This document shows positions 9,366 through 18,380 of a stretch of DNA of 64,000 nt, in pieces. Both the position numbers and the translations under genes were made by a program. The stretch spans positions 6,414 through 70,413 of the forward strand of contig CAZTMA010000006.1 of NCBI GenBank assembly GCA_964614645.1, read 5' to 3'. The number at the start of each line of letters is the position of its first letter. Position 1 is the stretch's first letter. The DNA is from an uncultured Anaerolineales bacterium. Lineage in GTDB: Bacteria > Chloroflexota > Anaerolineae > CG2-30-64-16. Under the pieces are notes generated by a model. It worked only from the letters and a program-made list of their open reading frames with translations. It did no database searches and was not told the DNA's origin.

Positions 9366-10235
9366 GTGACGATTAAGCGATCCCCGGAACCACCGGCTCC
9401 GCCCGGACATCCCATCGCCAACATCAAGAGTATCCCGGCCGAGGCCCTCAGCGGCCAGCGCCGGGTCTTCGGCATCATCCTCGGCGCGCTGCTCGGCCTC
9501 GTCTACGGCCTGGTGTCGCAGAGTATCAACAGGATTGCGCTGCCCGGCGTGCCGCTCTACCAGCCACCGCTTGGCCCGCTGGGCAACACTGCGCTCAGCG
9601 GGCTGGTCGGCGCGGGCCTGGGATTCCTGGTCGCCCTGCCGATGAGCAGCGCGCTGGGCATCGCGCTCGCCAGCGCGGCTTCGGCCATCGCCATCATGGT
9701 CAGCAGCCTGCTGCGGCTCGGCGACGGGCTCAGCACCGGAACGCAGCTCATCTTCGGTGTGATGCTGTCCGTGCCGCTCTCCTGGTTCACCGTGCCAGTG
9801 ACCGCGCTCCTGCGCTGGGCGGTGGACCGCCAGGTGGACCAGCAGGCGCGCGGGGAGCCGCTGCTGGTGCGCTGGCGGGTGCCGCTTGCGCTGGTGCTGG
9901 TGATGGTCTTCGTCGCCGCATTCGAGCTGCACGGCACGACCATACAAGGGCAACTGCGCACGACCGACCGGATGGTCGAGACCGCGCTGGCCGCAACCGA
10001 TCCTGCGGACGTGCCCGCGCCGCTCCAGGGGCCGCTGGTGCGCGATTTCCCAACCGGCTCGCAGACGAATTACACGCTCGAATGGACCCGCCAGGACCTC
10101 GACCGGTTCATCGAGTTGCGGCCGTCGGCGAACTATGACCAGCACGTCGCAGTCATCGCGCGGCTGGCAGGCGGGTATCGCCTGGTCTGCCTGTTCCCGA
10201 CCGCACGCAGCGGTCCGACCTGCGGGACATACTGA
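9366..10235 (+). CDS. Hypothetical membrane protein (paralog B)
   Basis: GTG after GGGGAGGT; shares VSQxINRxxLPGVPLYQPPxGPLGN and C-terminal LVCL...PxC with paralog A. Confidence 0.8.
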   Translation: MTIKRSPEPPAPPGHPIANIKSIPAEALSGQRRVFGIILGALLGLVYGLVSQSINRIALPGVPLYQPPLGPLGNTALSGLVGAGLGFLVALPMSSALGIALASAASAIAIMVSSLLRLGDGLSTGTQLIFGVMLSVPLSWFTVPVTALLRWAVDRQVDQQARGEPLLVRWRVPLALVLVMVFVAAFELHGTTIQGQLRTTDRMVETALAATDPADVPAPLQGPLVRDFPTGSQTNYTLEWTRQDLDRFIELRPSANYDQHVAVIARLAGGYRLVCLFPTARSGPTCGTY

Positions 10236-10249
10236 CTCGAAGGAATCCC

Positions 10250-10720
10250 ATGATCGAAATTACTATCCCCGGCAGCGGGAAGATCCAACTGGAACACCTG
10301 GTGCTCGACTACAACGGCACCCTGGCACGTGATGGTGACCTGCTCGAGGGCGTAGCCGACCGCCTGACCTCCCTCGCCCAGGTCCTGACCATCCACGTCA
10401 TCACGGCAGATACCTTTGGCAAGGTGGAGGCGGCGATGGCCGGCTTGCCGTGCACCGTGCGCATCCTGCCGCAGACGGGCCAGGGCCATGCCAAGATGGC
10501 CTACGTCTGGCAGCTCGACCGGACGCGCGTGGCAGCCATCGGCAACGGGCGCAACGACCGCCTGATGCTGCAGGCCGCCAAACTGGGCATTGCGATTGTC
10601 GGGCCGGAGGGCGCCTCCGTGGACACCCTCCACGCGGCCGATATCGCCGTGCCGCACATCCACGCGGCGCTGGAGCTGCTGCAGAATCCACTGCGGCTCG
10701 TCGCTACGCTGCGTTCGTAA
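10250..10720 (+). CDS. HAD-superfamily soluble P-type ATPase-like protein
   Basis: VLDYNGTL, ITADTFG, IGNGRND motifs. Confidence 0.85.
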   Translation: MIEITIPGSGKIQLEHLVLDYNGTLARDGDLLEGVADRLTSLAQVLTIHVITADTFGKVEAAMAGLPCTVRILPQTGQGHAKMAYVWQLDRTRVAAIGNGRNDRLMLQAAKLGIAIVGPEGASVDTLHAADIAVPHIHAALELLQNPLRLVATLRS

Positions 10721-10822
10721 GTTCAATTGAAGATTTCAGATTGAAGATTAGTGGCGTGGACCACTGCCTGAAAATAGTTCGCAAATTTCACCCTATCTTA
10801 TCAGTAACCAACGGAGGACTTA

Positions 10823-12331
10823 ATGGAGATCGTGGTCAAACAGGCGGACCTTAACGGGGAGGCCGCGGATGTGGTCATCGTCAACCTGTTCCAAGGCGTA
10901 ACCGTGCCCGACGGCGCGACCGGTGCGGCGGATGCTGCGCTCAACGGCGCGATCCGGGAGGTCATTGCGGCCGGCGACTTCACCGGCAAGGCGGGCGAGA
11001 CGGTCGTGCTCTACCCGCGCGGGCAGATGCCGGCCCGCCGCGCGCTCGTCGTGGGGCTGGGCGAGGCGGACAAGTTCAACCTGGCGGGCGTGCGCCACGC
11101 GGCAGCGGTCGCAGCCCGCAAGGCGCGTGACCTTGGCGCGCAGACCGTGGCAACCATCGTCCACGGTGCGGGCATCGGCGGGCTGGACCCGCAGGCTGCC
11201 GCGCAGGCCACAGTCGAAGGGACGCTGCTCGGCCTGTACCGCTTCGAGGGGTATAAGTCCAAGAAAGCAAAGGACTGGAAGCCGGACCCGGCCACGCTGG
11301 CCGTGCTTGTGCGGGATGCGAGCCATGTGCCGGCCATCGAGGCGGGCGTGCGCCGCGGTCAGGCCATCGCCGCGGGCGTCCGCCTGGCGCGCAACCTGGT
11401 CAACACCCCGGCGAACTACATGCCCCCGCAGCGCATGGCTGAGCAGGCCACAGCCCTGGCCCAGGAGACCGGGCTCAAGATTGAGGTGCTGGGACGGGCT
11501 GAGTGCAAGGCGCTCGACATGGGCATCTTCATGGCCGTCGCAGAGGAATCGGAGCAGGAGCCGCAGTTCATTATCCTGGAGCACAACGCGGGCCGTGCTG
11601 ACCTGCCCACGGTTGTCCTGGTCGGTAAGGGCGTGACCTTCGATTCGGGTGGTATCTCGCTCAAGCCTGGCGAAGAGATGTGGCGCATGAAGGATGATAT
11701 GGCGGGCGCGGCCGCGGTCATCGCGGCGCTGGGCGTGGCGGCCCGGCTCGACCTGCCGCTGCACGTAGTTGGGCTGGCGCCGTGTGCGGAGAACCTGCCC
11801 GGCGGCCGCGCGCAGAAACCGGGCGATGTGTTCACCGGCATCACGGGCAAGACCATGGAGGTCATCAGCACGGACGCGGAAGGCCGGATGCTGCTGGCCG
11901 ATGCACTGGGGTATGCGGCGCGCTACGAGCCGGCCGCAGTCGTGGACATCGCGACGCTGACCGGTGCACAGGGCGTGGCGCTCGGCCCGCTGGCCGCCGC
12001 GGTGTTCAGCAACGACGAGCCGCTGGTGCAACGCCTGCTCGCCGCGGGCGAGTCGTCCGCGGACCGGCTGTGGCGGCTGCCGCTGTACGAGGAGTACCTT
12101 GAGCCTATCAAGAGCCAGGTCGCGGATGTGAAGAACAGCGGCGGACGGTCCGGCGGGGTCGGCACGAGCGCCAAATTCCTGGAGCACTTCACCGAGGGCT
12201 ATCCCTGGGCGCACGTGGATATGGCCTCGATGGCGTGGAGCGATGAAGATAAGCCCGTGCGACCGAAGGGCGCGACCGGGTATGGGGTCAGGCTGTTCGT
12301 CGAGTTCCTGGAATCCTACCGGGGCTCATAA
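10823..12331 (+). CDS. pepA: Leucyl aminopeptidase (M17)
   Basis: VGKGVTFDSGGISLK, MKDDMAG, TDAEGRMLLAD, DIATLTGA, WAHVD. Confidence 0.95.
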   Translation: MEIVVKQADLNGEAADVVIVNLFQGVTVPDGATGAADAALNGAIREVIAAGDFTGKAGETVVLYPRGQMPARRALVVGLGEADKFNLAGVRHAAAVAARKARDLGAQTVATIVHGAGIGGLDPQAAAQATVEGTLLGLYRFEGYKSKKAKDWKPDPATLAVLVRDASHVPAIEAGVRRGQAIAAGVRLARNLVNTPANYMPPQRMAEQATALAQETGLKIEVLGRAECKALDMGIFMAVAEESEQEPQFIILEHNAGRADLPTVVLVGKGVTFDSGGISLKPGEEMWRMKDDMAGAAAVIAALGVAARLDLPLHVVGLAPCAENLPGGRAQKPGDVFTGITGKTMEVISTDAEGRMLLADALGYAARYEPAAVVDIATLTGAQGVALGPLAAAVFSNDEPLVQRLLAAGESSADRLWRLPLYEEYLEPIKSQVADVKNSGGRSGGVGTSAKFLEHFTEGYPWAHVDMASMAWSDEDKPVRPKGATGYGVRLFVEFLESYRGS

Positions 12332-12338
12332 CATGATT

Positions 12339-12403
12339 TGAACCGCGAAGGTGCGAAGGCCGCATAGAACAATCCTTAGCGACCGTCGCGTCTTCGCGGT
12401 TCA
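12339..12403. repeat. 9-mer-based palindrome between convergent genes (possible bidirectional terminator)
   Basis: tgaaccgcgaag...cttcgcggttca; its end supplies the TGA stop of the phosphatase gene. Confidence 0.7.
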
Positions 12404-14647
12404 CTCCAGCGCGACGGCGAGCAGCGTCATGTCGTCGTATTGTTCGGCGCCGCTGCGGTAGGCGTCGAGGTCGGCAAAGACCTGCCGGCACAGCGCGTCA
12501 ACCGGCAGGCCCACATGGGCCAGCAACATCTCCTGGAAGCGGGCCGGCCCGAACAGCTCGCCATGCGGGTCGGCGATATCCGTCAACCCGTCCGTGAATA
12601 GAATGAGGCGGTCGCCCGGCGCCAACTCCAGGCGCTCCTCGGTCAGGTTGGCGGCCGCATCCTCCAGCAGCCCCAGGATGGTGCCGCTGCCGCCAAGCTC
12701 GTGGGCCGCGCCCCCGCGCAGCAGCAGCGGCCGGTCATGCCCCGCGCGGCCATAGGTGAGCGTCCGGCCCGCCAGCACCCCGTAGAACACGCTGACGAAC
12801 ATGTCCGGCTCGCCCAGGTCGAGCAACAGCCGGTTCACGTCCGCAAGCACCGAGACCGGTGAGTGGGTGCGCTGCGCCTCTGCCCGAATCAGGCTGCGCG
12901 AGAGGGCCATGTACAGCGCGGCGGGCATCCCCTTGTCCGAGACGTCCGCGATGACCAGGCCGACGCGGCCATCCCCCAGCGCAATGACGTCGTAGAAATC
13001 GCCGCCCACCTGGCGCGCGGGCTCATTGTGCGCGGCGAAGCGGCAGCCGGCCACCGCGGGGAACGCGGTGGGCAGGAAGCTCTGCTGCACTTGCCGCGCC
13101 AGCTCCAGCTCGCGCTCCATGCGCTCCTTGACGGCCAGCTCGTCCTGCGCCTCCTCCAGCGCGGCAATCTTCGCCTGGAGTTCCTCAATCAGGCCTGCGC
13201 GCTGGATCGCCAGCGCGGCATGGCTGGCGAAAGTCTGCAGCAGGGCCACCTGGCCCGGCGGGAAGCTCGGCAGCACAGTCGAATGAACGATCATCGCGCC
13301 GACGGGCCGGCCCTGCACGACCAGCGGCACGCGCAGCCCTGCGCGCAGTGCGGCGCCTTCCACATCCGGCGAACGCGCCGCGACGCCGGGCGGCCAGCCG
13401 TTGAAGGGCACGGGCTGAGTCAGCGCATCGCGCTCGGGATCGCACACGTCCTCTGCGGGTAGCAGGCGTGTTACACGGTCCGCGACCCAGCCGAGAGAGG
13501 CCAGCACCTCCGCCTGGTCATCGGGCCGCAGGTAGTAGAGGATGGCCCGGTCCGCGGCGCAGAGATCGCGCGCCTGGCGGCAAACCTGCTCCGCAAGTGC
13601 GGGCAGGTCGGCAGCGCCAAGGAGCGCCTCGGCCATGCGTTGGAACGAGACGAGGGCCTCGGTCCGCTGGGTCAGCACCCGCTGGGCAGATTCCAGCTCG
13701 GCAAGGCGGCGCTGGAGGGCCACGTTCGCCGCACGCAGTGCGGACTCGCTGGCCGCCAGCCGTGCTGACGTACGCCTGAGCTGGTCCGCATGGAAGCCCA
13801 ACACATCATCCAGTGCCAGGTGTCCCGCGGCCGCGAGGTGGAGCGCGTAGGCTGCCATCGGCAGCACGAGCTCGCGCTGCTCGGATGGGCCGTGGCGATA
13901 CACATCGAACAGCGCAACCTCGCCCTCATAGCCCCGGCCCCCGCACTGGGCGCAGCCGCCAGCGCGGCGGAAGACGGGCCGGCCCGGCGCGCCGAGTTCA
14001 TCCAGGAGCCCCCCGAAGCGGAGCCGCAGCTCCTGCTGCTCGGCCGCGCTGGGGGCCATCTCCGTGCTGCAGTTGGCGCACAGTGCGGGCACGCGCTGCA
14101 CCGCAATGACCCAGTGCAGGGGATCCAGCACCGTGCTGTCCGCAACCTCGCCCGCCAGCGCAGGCGCGCCCGCATCAGCCAGGGCCCGCACCACATCCGC
14201 GCCGCTAAACACCGTCTCGTGCTGCGTGAGCACCTTGACGCCCGCCCGCGCAATCTCGACCGCGAGCGAGAGCGTTTCCGGTTCCAGGCGTTCAAGGACG
14301 AGGAGGGCCGGCTGCCGCGCGGCGGCCAGGGAGAGGCGCTGGGTGATGGGCGCGTGGGTGGACTCTGCGTCCAGCAGCGTGACCCGCTGCCTGAGCTGCC
14401 GCGGGATGCGAATGCTGCCCCGGGCCTCGCACACGACGATGGCATGGGCCGCGGGGTCCGCCAGCAGCAGTTCGCGCATCAGGACGCGCATGAAGGTCGC
14501 CCGGCCGCTCGACAGCACGCTGTCGCCGGTGGGTGCGATGGCGGGGTCCAGCCCGGCCACGACGATCAGCCCCGGCCCATCCCGGGCAATGCGCGCGATG
14601 GCTGCGTCGAGCTCAGGCAGATGCAGGAAATCGGCAAGGTCAAGCAT
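12401..14647 (-). CDS. PP2C/SpoIIE (RsbU-like) phosphatase with GAF domain and N-terminal degenerate PilB/GspE-type ATPase domain
   Basis: C-term VGGDFYD, IADVSDKG, FTDGL, DDMT; central GAF and coiled coil; N-term CANC...CAQCGGRGYEG zinc motif. Confidence 0.9.
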   Translation of the reverse strand: MLDLADFLHLPELDAAIARIARDGPGLIVVAGLDPAIAPTGDSVLSSGRATFMRVLMRELLLADPAAHAIVVCEARGSIRIPRQLRQRVTLLDAESTHAPITQRLSLAAARQPALLVLERLEPETLSLAVEIARAGVKVLTQHETVFSGADVVRALADAGAPALAGEVADSTVLDPLHWVIAVQRVPALCANCSTEMAPSAAEQQELRLRFGGLLDELGAPGRPVFRRAGGCAQCGGRGYEGEVALFDVYRHGPSEQRELVLPMAAYALHLAAAGHLALDDVLGFHADQLRRTSARLAASESALRAANVALQRRLAELESAQRVLTQRTEALVSFQRMAEALLGAADLPALAEQVCRQARDLCAADRAILYYLRPDDQAEVLASLGWVADRVTRLLPAEDVCDPERDALTQPVPFNGWPPGVAARSPDVEGAALRAGLRVPLVVQGRPVGAMIVHSTVLPSFPPGQVALLQTFASHAALAIQRAGLIEELQAKIAALEEAQDELAVKERMERELELARQVQQSFLPTAFPAVAGCRFAAHNEPARQVGGDFYDVIALGDGRVGLVIADVSDKGMPAALYMALSRSLIRAEAQRTHSPVSVLADVNRLLLDLGEPDMFVSVFYGVLAGRTLTYGRAGHDRPLLLRGGAAHELGGSGTILGLLEDAAANLTEERLELAPGDRLILFTDGLTDIADPHGELFGPARFQEMLLAHVGLPVDALCRQVFADLDAYRSGAEQYDDMTLLAVALE

Positions 14648-14719
14648 GGCAATAAAACATCCGAGCCGGTTGCGGCTCGGATGCTAGATTAGCGCAAAGC
14701 AACGAAAGATGCAAGTACG

Positions 14720-15118
14720 TCAGGCTGCATGGCGGCGGCGCTGCCGCCAGACGTAGGCCATCAACCCGGCCAGCGAAAACGCCGAACCGACCGCCGCACC
14801 CATCAGCCAGCGCCGGTCCATCCGGTCCGTTACCGGTTGCACGACGCCGGCCGCCAGCTCACGATAGTGCGGCGCCAGCTCGACCGCCGGCATTTGGATG
14901 TCCAGCCGGCGCTGCGCGGCCTGCTGGCGCGCGGCGACGAGCAGGCTGCGTTCGAGCTCGGTGCGAAAGGCCGGCCGCAAGGGCACGGGCACGATGAGCA
15001 TCGACACCTCGCGCGCCAGGTTCAGGAAGGGCGCGACATTCAGAATGTGGCTATCCCCCGTGTGTCGCAGCCGGCTCGTGTCTTCCGATTGCAGAGTATT
15101 GCTGTCGCGGCCTGCCAT
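14720..15118 (-). CDS. Putative anti-sigma factor/small membrane protein
   Basis: Immediately downstream of an ECF sigma gene; RBS GGAG; PVPLRPAFRTELERSL segment; C-terminal TM helix then basic tail. Confidence 0.6.
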   Translation of the reverse strand: MAGRDSNTLQSEDTSRLRHTGDSHILNVAPFLNLAREVSMLIVPVPLRPAFRTELERSLLVAARQQAAQRRLDIQMPAVELAPHYRELAAGVVQPVTDRMDRRWLMGAAVGSAFSLAGLMAYVWRQRRRHAA

Positions 15119-15143
15119 GCCAGTTCTCCCTTGAACGAAACCG

Positions 15144-15788
15144 TCACCAACCCCGTGCTTCGAGGTCGGCCTTGAGCGCCTTCAACGTGCGAAAATAGAG
15201 CGACTTGATCGAGCTTTCCGTCCGGCCCATCAGTTGGCCGATTTCCTCATTGGAGAGGCGGTCGGTAAACTTCAGGATGAGCAGCCGCTGGCGGTCTTCC
15301 GGCTGGCGGCGGATGGCCGACCACAGAGCCTGTTTGCGCTCGTTGACCTCGGCGGCCCGCTCCGGGTTGTCCGCCGGCTTGCCCGTCAGCTCCACGTCCT
15401 CCAGCGGTGTGGTCCGCCAGCGGCTGTGTGACCGGTGGTGATTCGCCACCAGGTTATGCGCGATCCGGTAAAGCCAGGCGACGAACGGCACACCCTGGTC
15501 GGTGTACCGGTGCATGTTGCTCAGCGCCTGGTGAAAGGTGCGCGCCGTCAGGTCCTCGGCGTCCGCCGCGTTGCCCGTGCGATAGTAGATATAGGTGTAT
15601 ATCCGGTCCACCGTTCGCCGGTATAACTCGCCGAACGCATCCGGATCGCGGCGCGCCAGCTCGATGACCTTGGCCTCCGGCAGATCGGCATAGCCGGTCG
15701 CCGGAGGAGGCAAGTCCGGGCCGCGCCCGTCCGGGTTATGGCTCATTTCGGCCATTCCTTCAGGCACCCGGCTCTGTGACCCCGCCAT
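15144..15788 (-). CDS. ECF sigma-70 factor
   Basis: AFGELY, DAEDL, FVAWLYRIAHN, region 4 LSNEEIGQLMGRTESSIKSLYFR; true start may be 15755 or 15746. Confidence 0.92.
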   Translation of the reverse strand: MAGSQSRVPEGMAEMSHNPDGRGPDLPPPATGYADLPEAKVIELARRDPDAFGELYRRTVDRIYTYIYYRTGNAADAEDLTARTFHQALSNMHRYTDQGVPFVAWLYRIAHNLVANHHRSHSRWRTTPLEDVELTGKPADNPERAAEVNERKQALWSAIRRQPEDRQRLLILKFTDRLSNEEIGQLMGRTESSIKSLYFRTLKALKADLEARGW

Positions 15789-15838
15789 AAGCTATAACAC
15801 CCCGGCGCGTCAAAAGACGCGACCGACAGACCCGGCAA

Positions 15839-16684
15839 TCAATCGCCGCCATAGACACCGACGCCGATGGTGCCGGGGCCGACATGCACACCGATGACCG
15901 GGCCAAGCGCCGCGATGTGGAAGCCACCCGTGCCGAACGAGGCGGCCAGCTTATCCCCCACGGCCTTCGCCTCGCCGGAGGCCAGAGCCTGCGTGAGCGC
16001 CATGCGCACCTGCGGACCGCGGCCGGTCACCTGGCTCAACAGATACTCCTGCACGGCCTCCAGAGCCTTCGCGCGCGAGCGGACGCGCGCCACCGGCGCA
16101 ACCTCGCCATCCGAAATCCGCAACAGCGGCTTGAACTTGAGCAGCGTGCCCATGAAAGCCTGGGCCTTGCCGATGCGCCCGCCCTTCTGCAGATATTCCA
16201 GTGTTTCGAGGACGAAGACGAGGTGGATCTTCTCGCGCATGGCCGTGATGCGCTCCACGATTTCCTCGCGTCCCACTCCGGCCTCCGCCAGGCGCACGGC
16301 CTCCTGAAGCAGAATGCCCAAGCCGACGGAGATCGTCTGCGAATCGATCACGCTGATGGGCCAGTAGGAGTAGGTCTCCTGCGCTGCGAGCGCCGCAGCA
16401 TAGGTGCCGCTCAGTTTCGACGAGAGCGTGAGGACAATCACCTCGTCCCCGGCCGAGCAGAACTGCTCGAAGGGGGTCAGGAAATCGGAGGGAACGGCCT
16501 GCGACGTGGTCGGGAGCGGGTTGCTCTCGGGGAGCCGCCGCCAGAATTCCTCGCGGGTGATCTCCACCCCGTCGCGTAACGAAGTCTGGCCGAAGACCAC
16601 GCTGAGCGGAACGACCGTCACCCGGGGGTGCGTCATAATTTCGGGGGGCGCCTCGCAGGTAGAGTCGGTGATGATGCGAATCAT
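15839..16684 (-). CDS. DegV family fatty-acid-binding protein
   Basis: IITDST, PTTSQ, LSSKLSGT, YLQKGGRIG, GVHVGPG. Confidence 0.93.
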   Translation of the reverse strand: MIRIITDSTCEAPPEIMTHPRVTVVPLSVVFGQTSLRDGVEITREEFWRRLPESNPLPTTSQAVPSDFLTPFEQFCSAGDEVIVLTLSSKLSGTYAAALAAQETYSYWPISVIDSQTISVGLGILLQEAVRLAEAGVGREEIVERITAMREKIHLVFVLETLEYLQKGGRIGKAQAFMGTLLKFKPLLRISDGEVAPVARVRSRAKALEAVQEYLLSQVTGRGPQVRMALTQALASGEAKAVGDKLAASFGTGGFHIAALGPVIGVHVGPGTIGVGVYGGD

Positions 16685-16751
16685 GGGATTTGATACCTCG
16701 TGGAACAGGATGAGTGCTGCCGGAAATATTGAAACCTTCGACCGGCATTTC

Positions 16752-16780
16752 ATTGTAGGCGGAAGGAGGGTGTTTGTCAA
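16752..16780 (-). promoter_or_regulatory. Sigma70 promoter for degV
   Basis: Minus strand TTGACA-17 bp-TACAAT. Confidence 0.7.
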
Positions 16781-16887
16781 TCGAAAACGGCATGTAGTTT
16801 GGGCCGCGGCACCCGATGTGCTATAATACGCTATTGTAGCCCGCTCTGGCTACCAGATTCTAACCTGCTAATGAGATAAGGAAGCCC

Positions 16888-17709
16888 ATGAAACGGCCAC
16901 TCGGGATCCTCTGTCTGACGCTCTTGACGCTGCTCGTCGCCAGCTACGCGTCTGCCGCGCCCGCTGCACAGGAACAGCAGCCGGTCATCGCGCAGCCGGG
17001 GCAGGACACCACGGTGCGGGGCGTCGTCCAGGTTGTCGGCACTGCCGTGCATCCCCAATTCCAGCGCTACGAACTCTACTATGCGCCGTACCCTGTGCCT
17101 TCCGACCAGTCGTGGATCTTCATCGGCGATGCGCACATGAACCAACAGCCGCTCGGTCTGCTCGGCACGTGGGATTCGCGCTCCGTGCCCGACGGCACGT
17201 ACGCGCTGCGCGTGCGCGTGGTGCGGGTGGACGGGAACTACATCGACAGCGACAGCGTGCGCGTGCTCGTCGCCAACACGCGGCCGCCGGAATCGCCGAC
17301 CCCGGAAGAGTCGCCCACACCGGAATTTGCCGTGACCGAGGAGCCGTTCGTGCCGGCGGAAACCGAGCCGACGGCCACAGTCGAGATTTCCTTGCCGGCA
17401 AGCGAAGGAACTCCCACGCCGGAGCCGACGCCAACCCTGGGGCCGGAGGACGCGGAACCAACGGAAATTCTGCCGACCCCGGAGGGCAGCAGCGCGGGTT
17501 CCGGTGAAACAACCGGGCCGAGCAGCGAATCGGACACCGCGGCTTCCAGCGGCGTGGCGGGCATCACCGAGCAGTTGTTCAGCAGCTCGCGGCTGATGGA
17601 AGTGGCGCGGCGTACAGCGCTGTATACACTGGCCGCGTTTGCTGTGGTCGGCGTGTTCTTTGCAGTCAAGTGGGTGCTTTTCTGGCTATGGCACAAAATT
17701 CGCCCCTGA
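16888..17709 (+). CDS. Secreted/membrane-anchored protein with Ig-like domain, Pro/Thr/Glu linker and C-terminal TM
   Basis: Signal peptide; LGTWDSRSVPDGTYALRVRVV; PTP repeats; C-terminal hydrophobic helix; extended -10 TGCTATAAT near 16819. Confidence 0.8.
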   Translation: MKRPLGILCLTLLTLLVASYASAAPAAQEQQPVIAQPGQDTTVRGVVQVVGTAVHPQFQRYELYYAPYPVPSDQSWIFIGDAHMNQQPLGLLGTWDSRSVPDGTYALRVRVVRVDGNYIDSDSVRVLVANTRPPESPTPEESPTPEFAVTEEPFVPAETEPTATVEISLPASEGTPTPEPTPTLGPEDAEPTEILPTPEGSSAGSGETTGPSSESDTAASSGVAGITEQLFSSSRLMEVARRTALYTLAAFAVVGVFFAVKWVLFWLWHKIRP

Positions 17710-18380
17710 GCGCCATCCGCGCTGTGCTGGGCCAGCGGGCCGCACGGGGCGCTCGCTCAGCCGACAGCGGCGGGCCGCAGAAGATGGTTGTGGGCCTGGG
17801 CAATCCGGGCCCGGAATATGCGCGCCACCGGCACAACATCGGCTTCCAGGTGGTCGACCTCTTCGCCGAACGCCACGACCTCACCTTCGACAAATTCCAG
17901 AAGCGGGCTCGCTCAGCAATCGGGTCCGTGAGCCTCGCGGGCGGCTGGCACGGCCGCATCCTGCTCGCCAAGCCGATGACCTACATGAACAACAGCGGTG
18001 AGGCGGTGGCCGCGCTTGCTGCGTTCTACAAGATTGGCCCTGCCGACATCCTGGTCGTCCACGATGACCTGGACTTGCCACTGGGACGCATCCGCCTCCG
18101 GCCAGGGGGCAGCCCCGGCGGCCAGCGCGGGGTCGCCTCCATCATCAAGAGCCTGGGCTCGGAGACCTTCCACCGCCTGCGCATCGGCATCAGCCGGCCC
18201 GGTGCGGCCGCCAGCTACGTGCCCCCCGCAATGGAACCTGCAGACTACGTGCTCCGCCCGTTCGCCTCGGAGCAGGAAAAAGAGATGGAGTTTGTCCGCC
18301 CTCGTGCAGCCGACGCCATCGAGCTGTGGCTGAGCCAGGGCATTGATTCGGCCATGAACCAGTTCAACGGCACAGGATGA
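17688..18380 (+). CDS. pth: Peptidyl-tRNA hydrolase
   Basis: VVGLGNPG..Y..HRHNIGF, KPMTYMNNSG, HDDLDL, RLRIGI; start could be 17784. Confidence 0.93.
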   Translation: MAQNSPLSAIRAVLGQRAARGARSADSGGPQKMVVGLGNPGPEYARHRHNIGFQVVDLFAERHDLTFDKFQKRARSAIGSVSLAGGWHGRILLAKPMTYMNNSGEAVAALAAFYKIGPADILVVHDDLDLPLGRIRLRPGGSPGGQRGVASIIKSLGSETFHRLRIGISRPGAAASYVPPAMEPADYVLRPFASEQEKEMEFVRPRAADAIELWLSQGIDSAMNQFNGTG

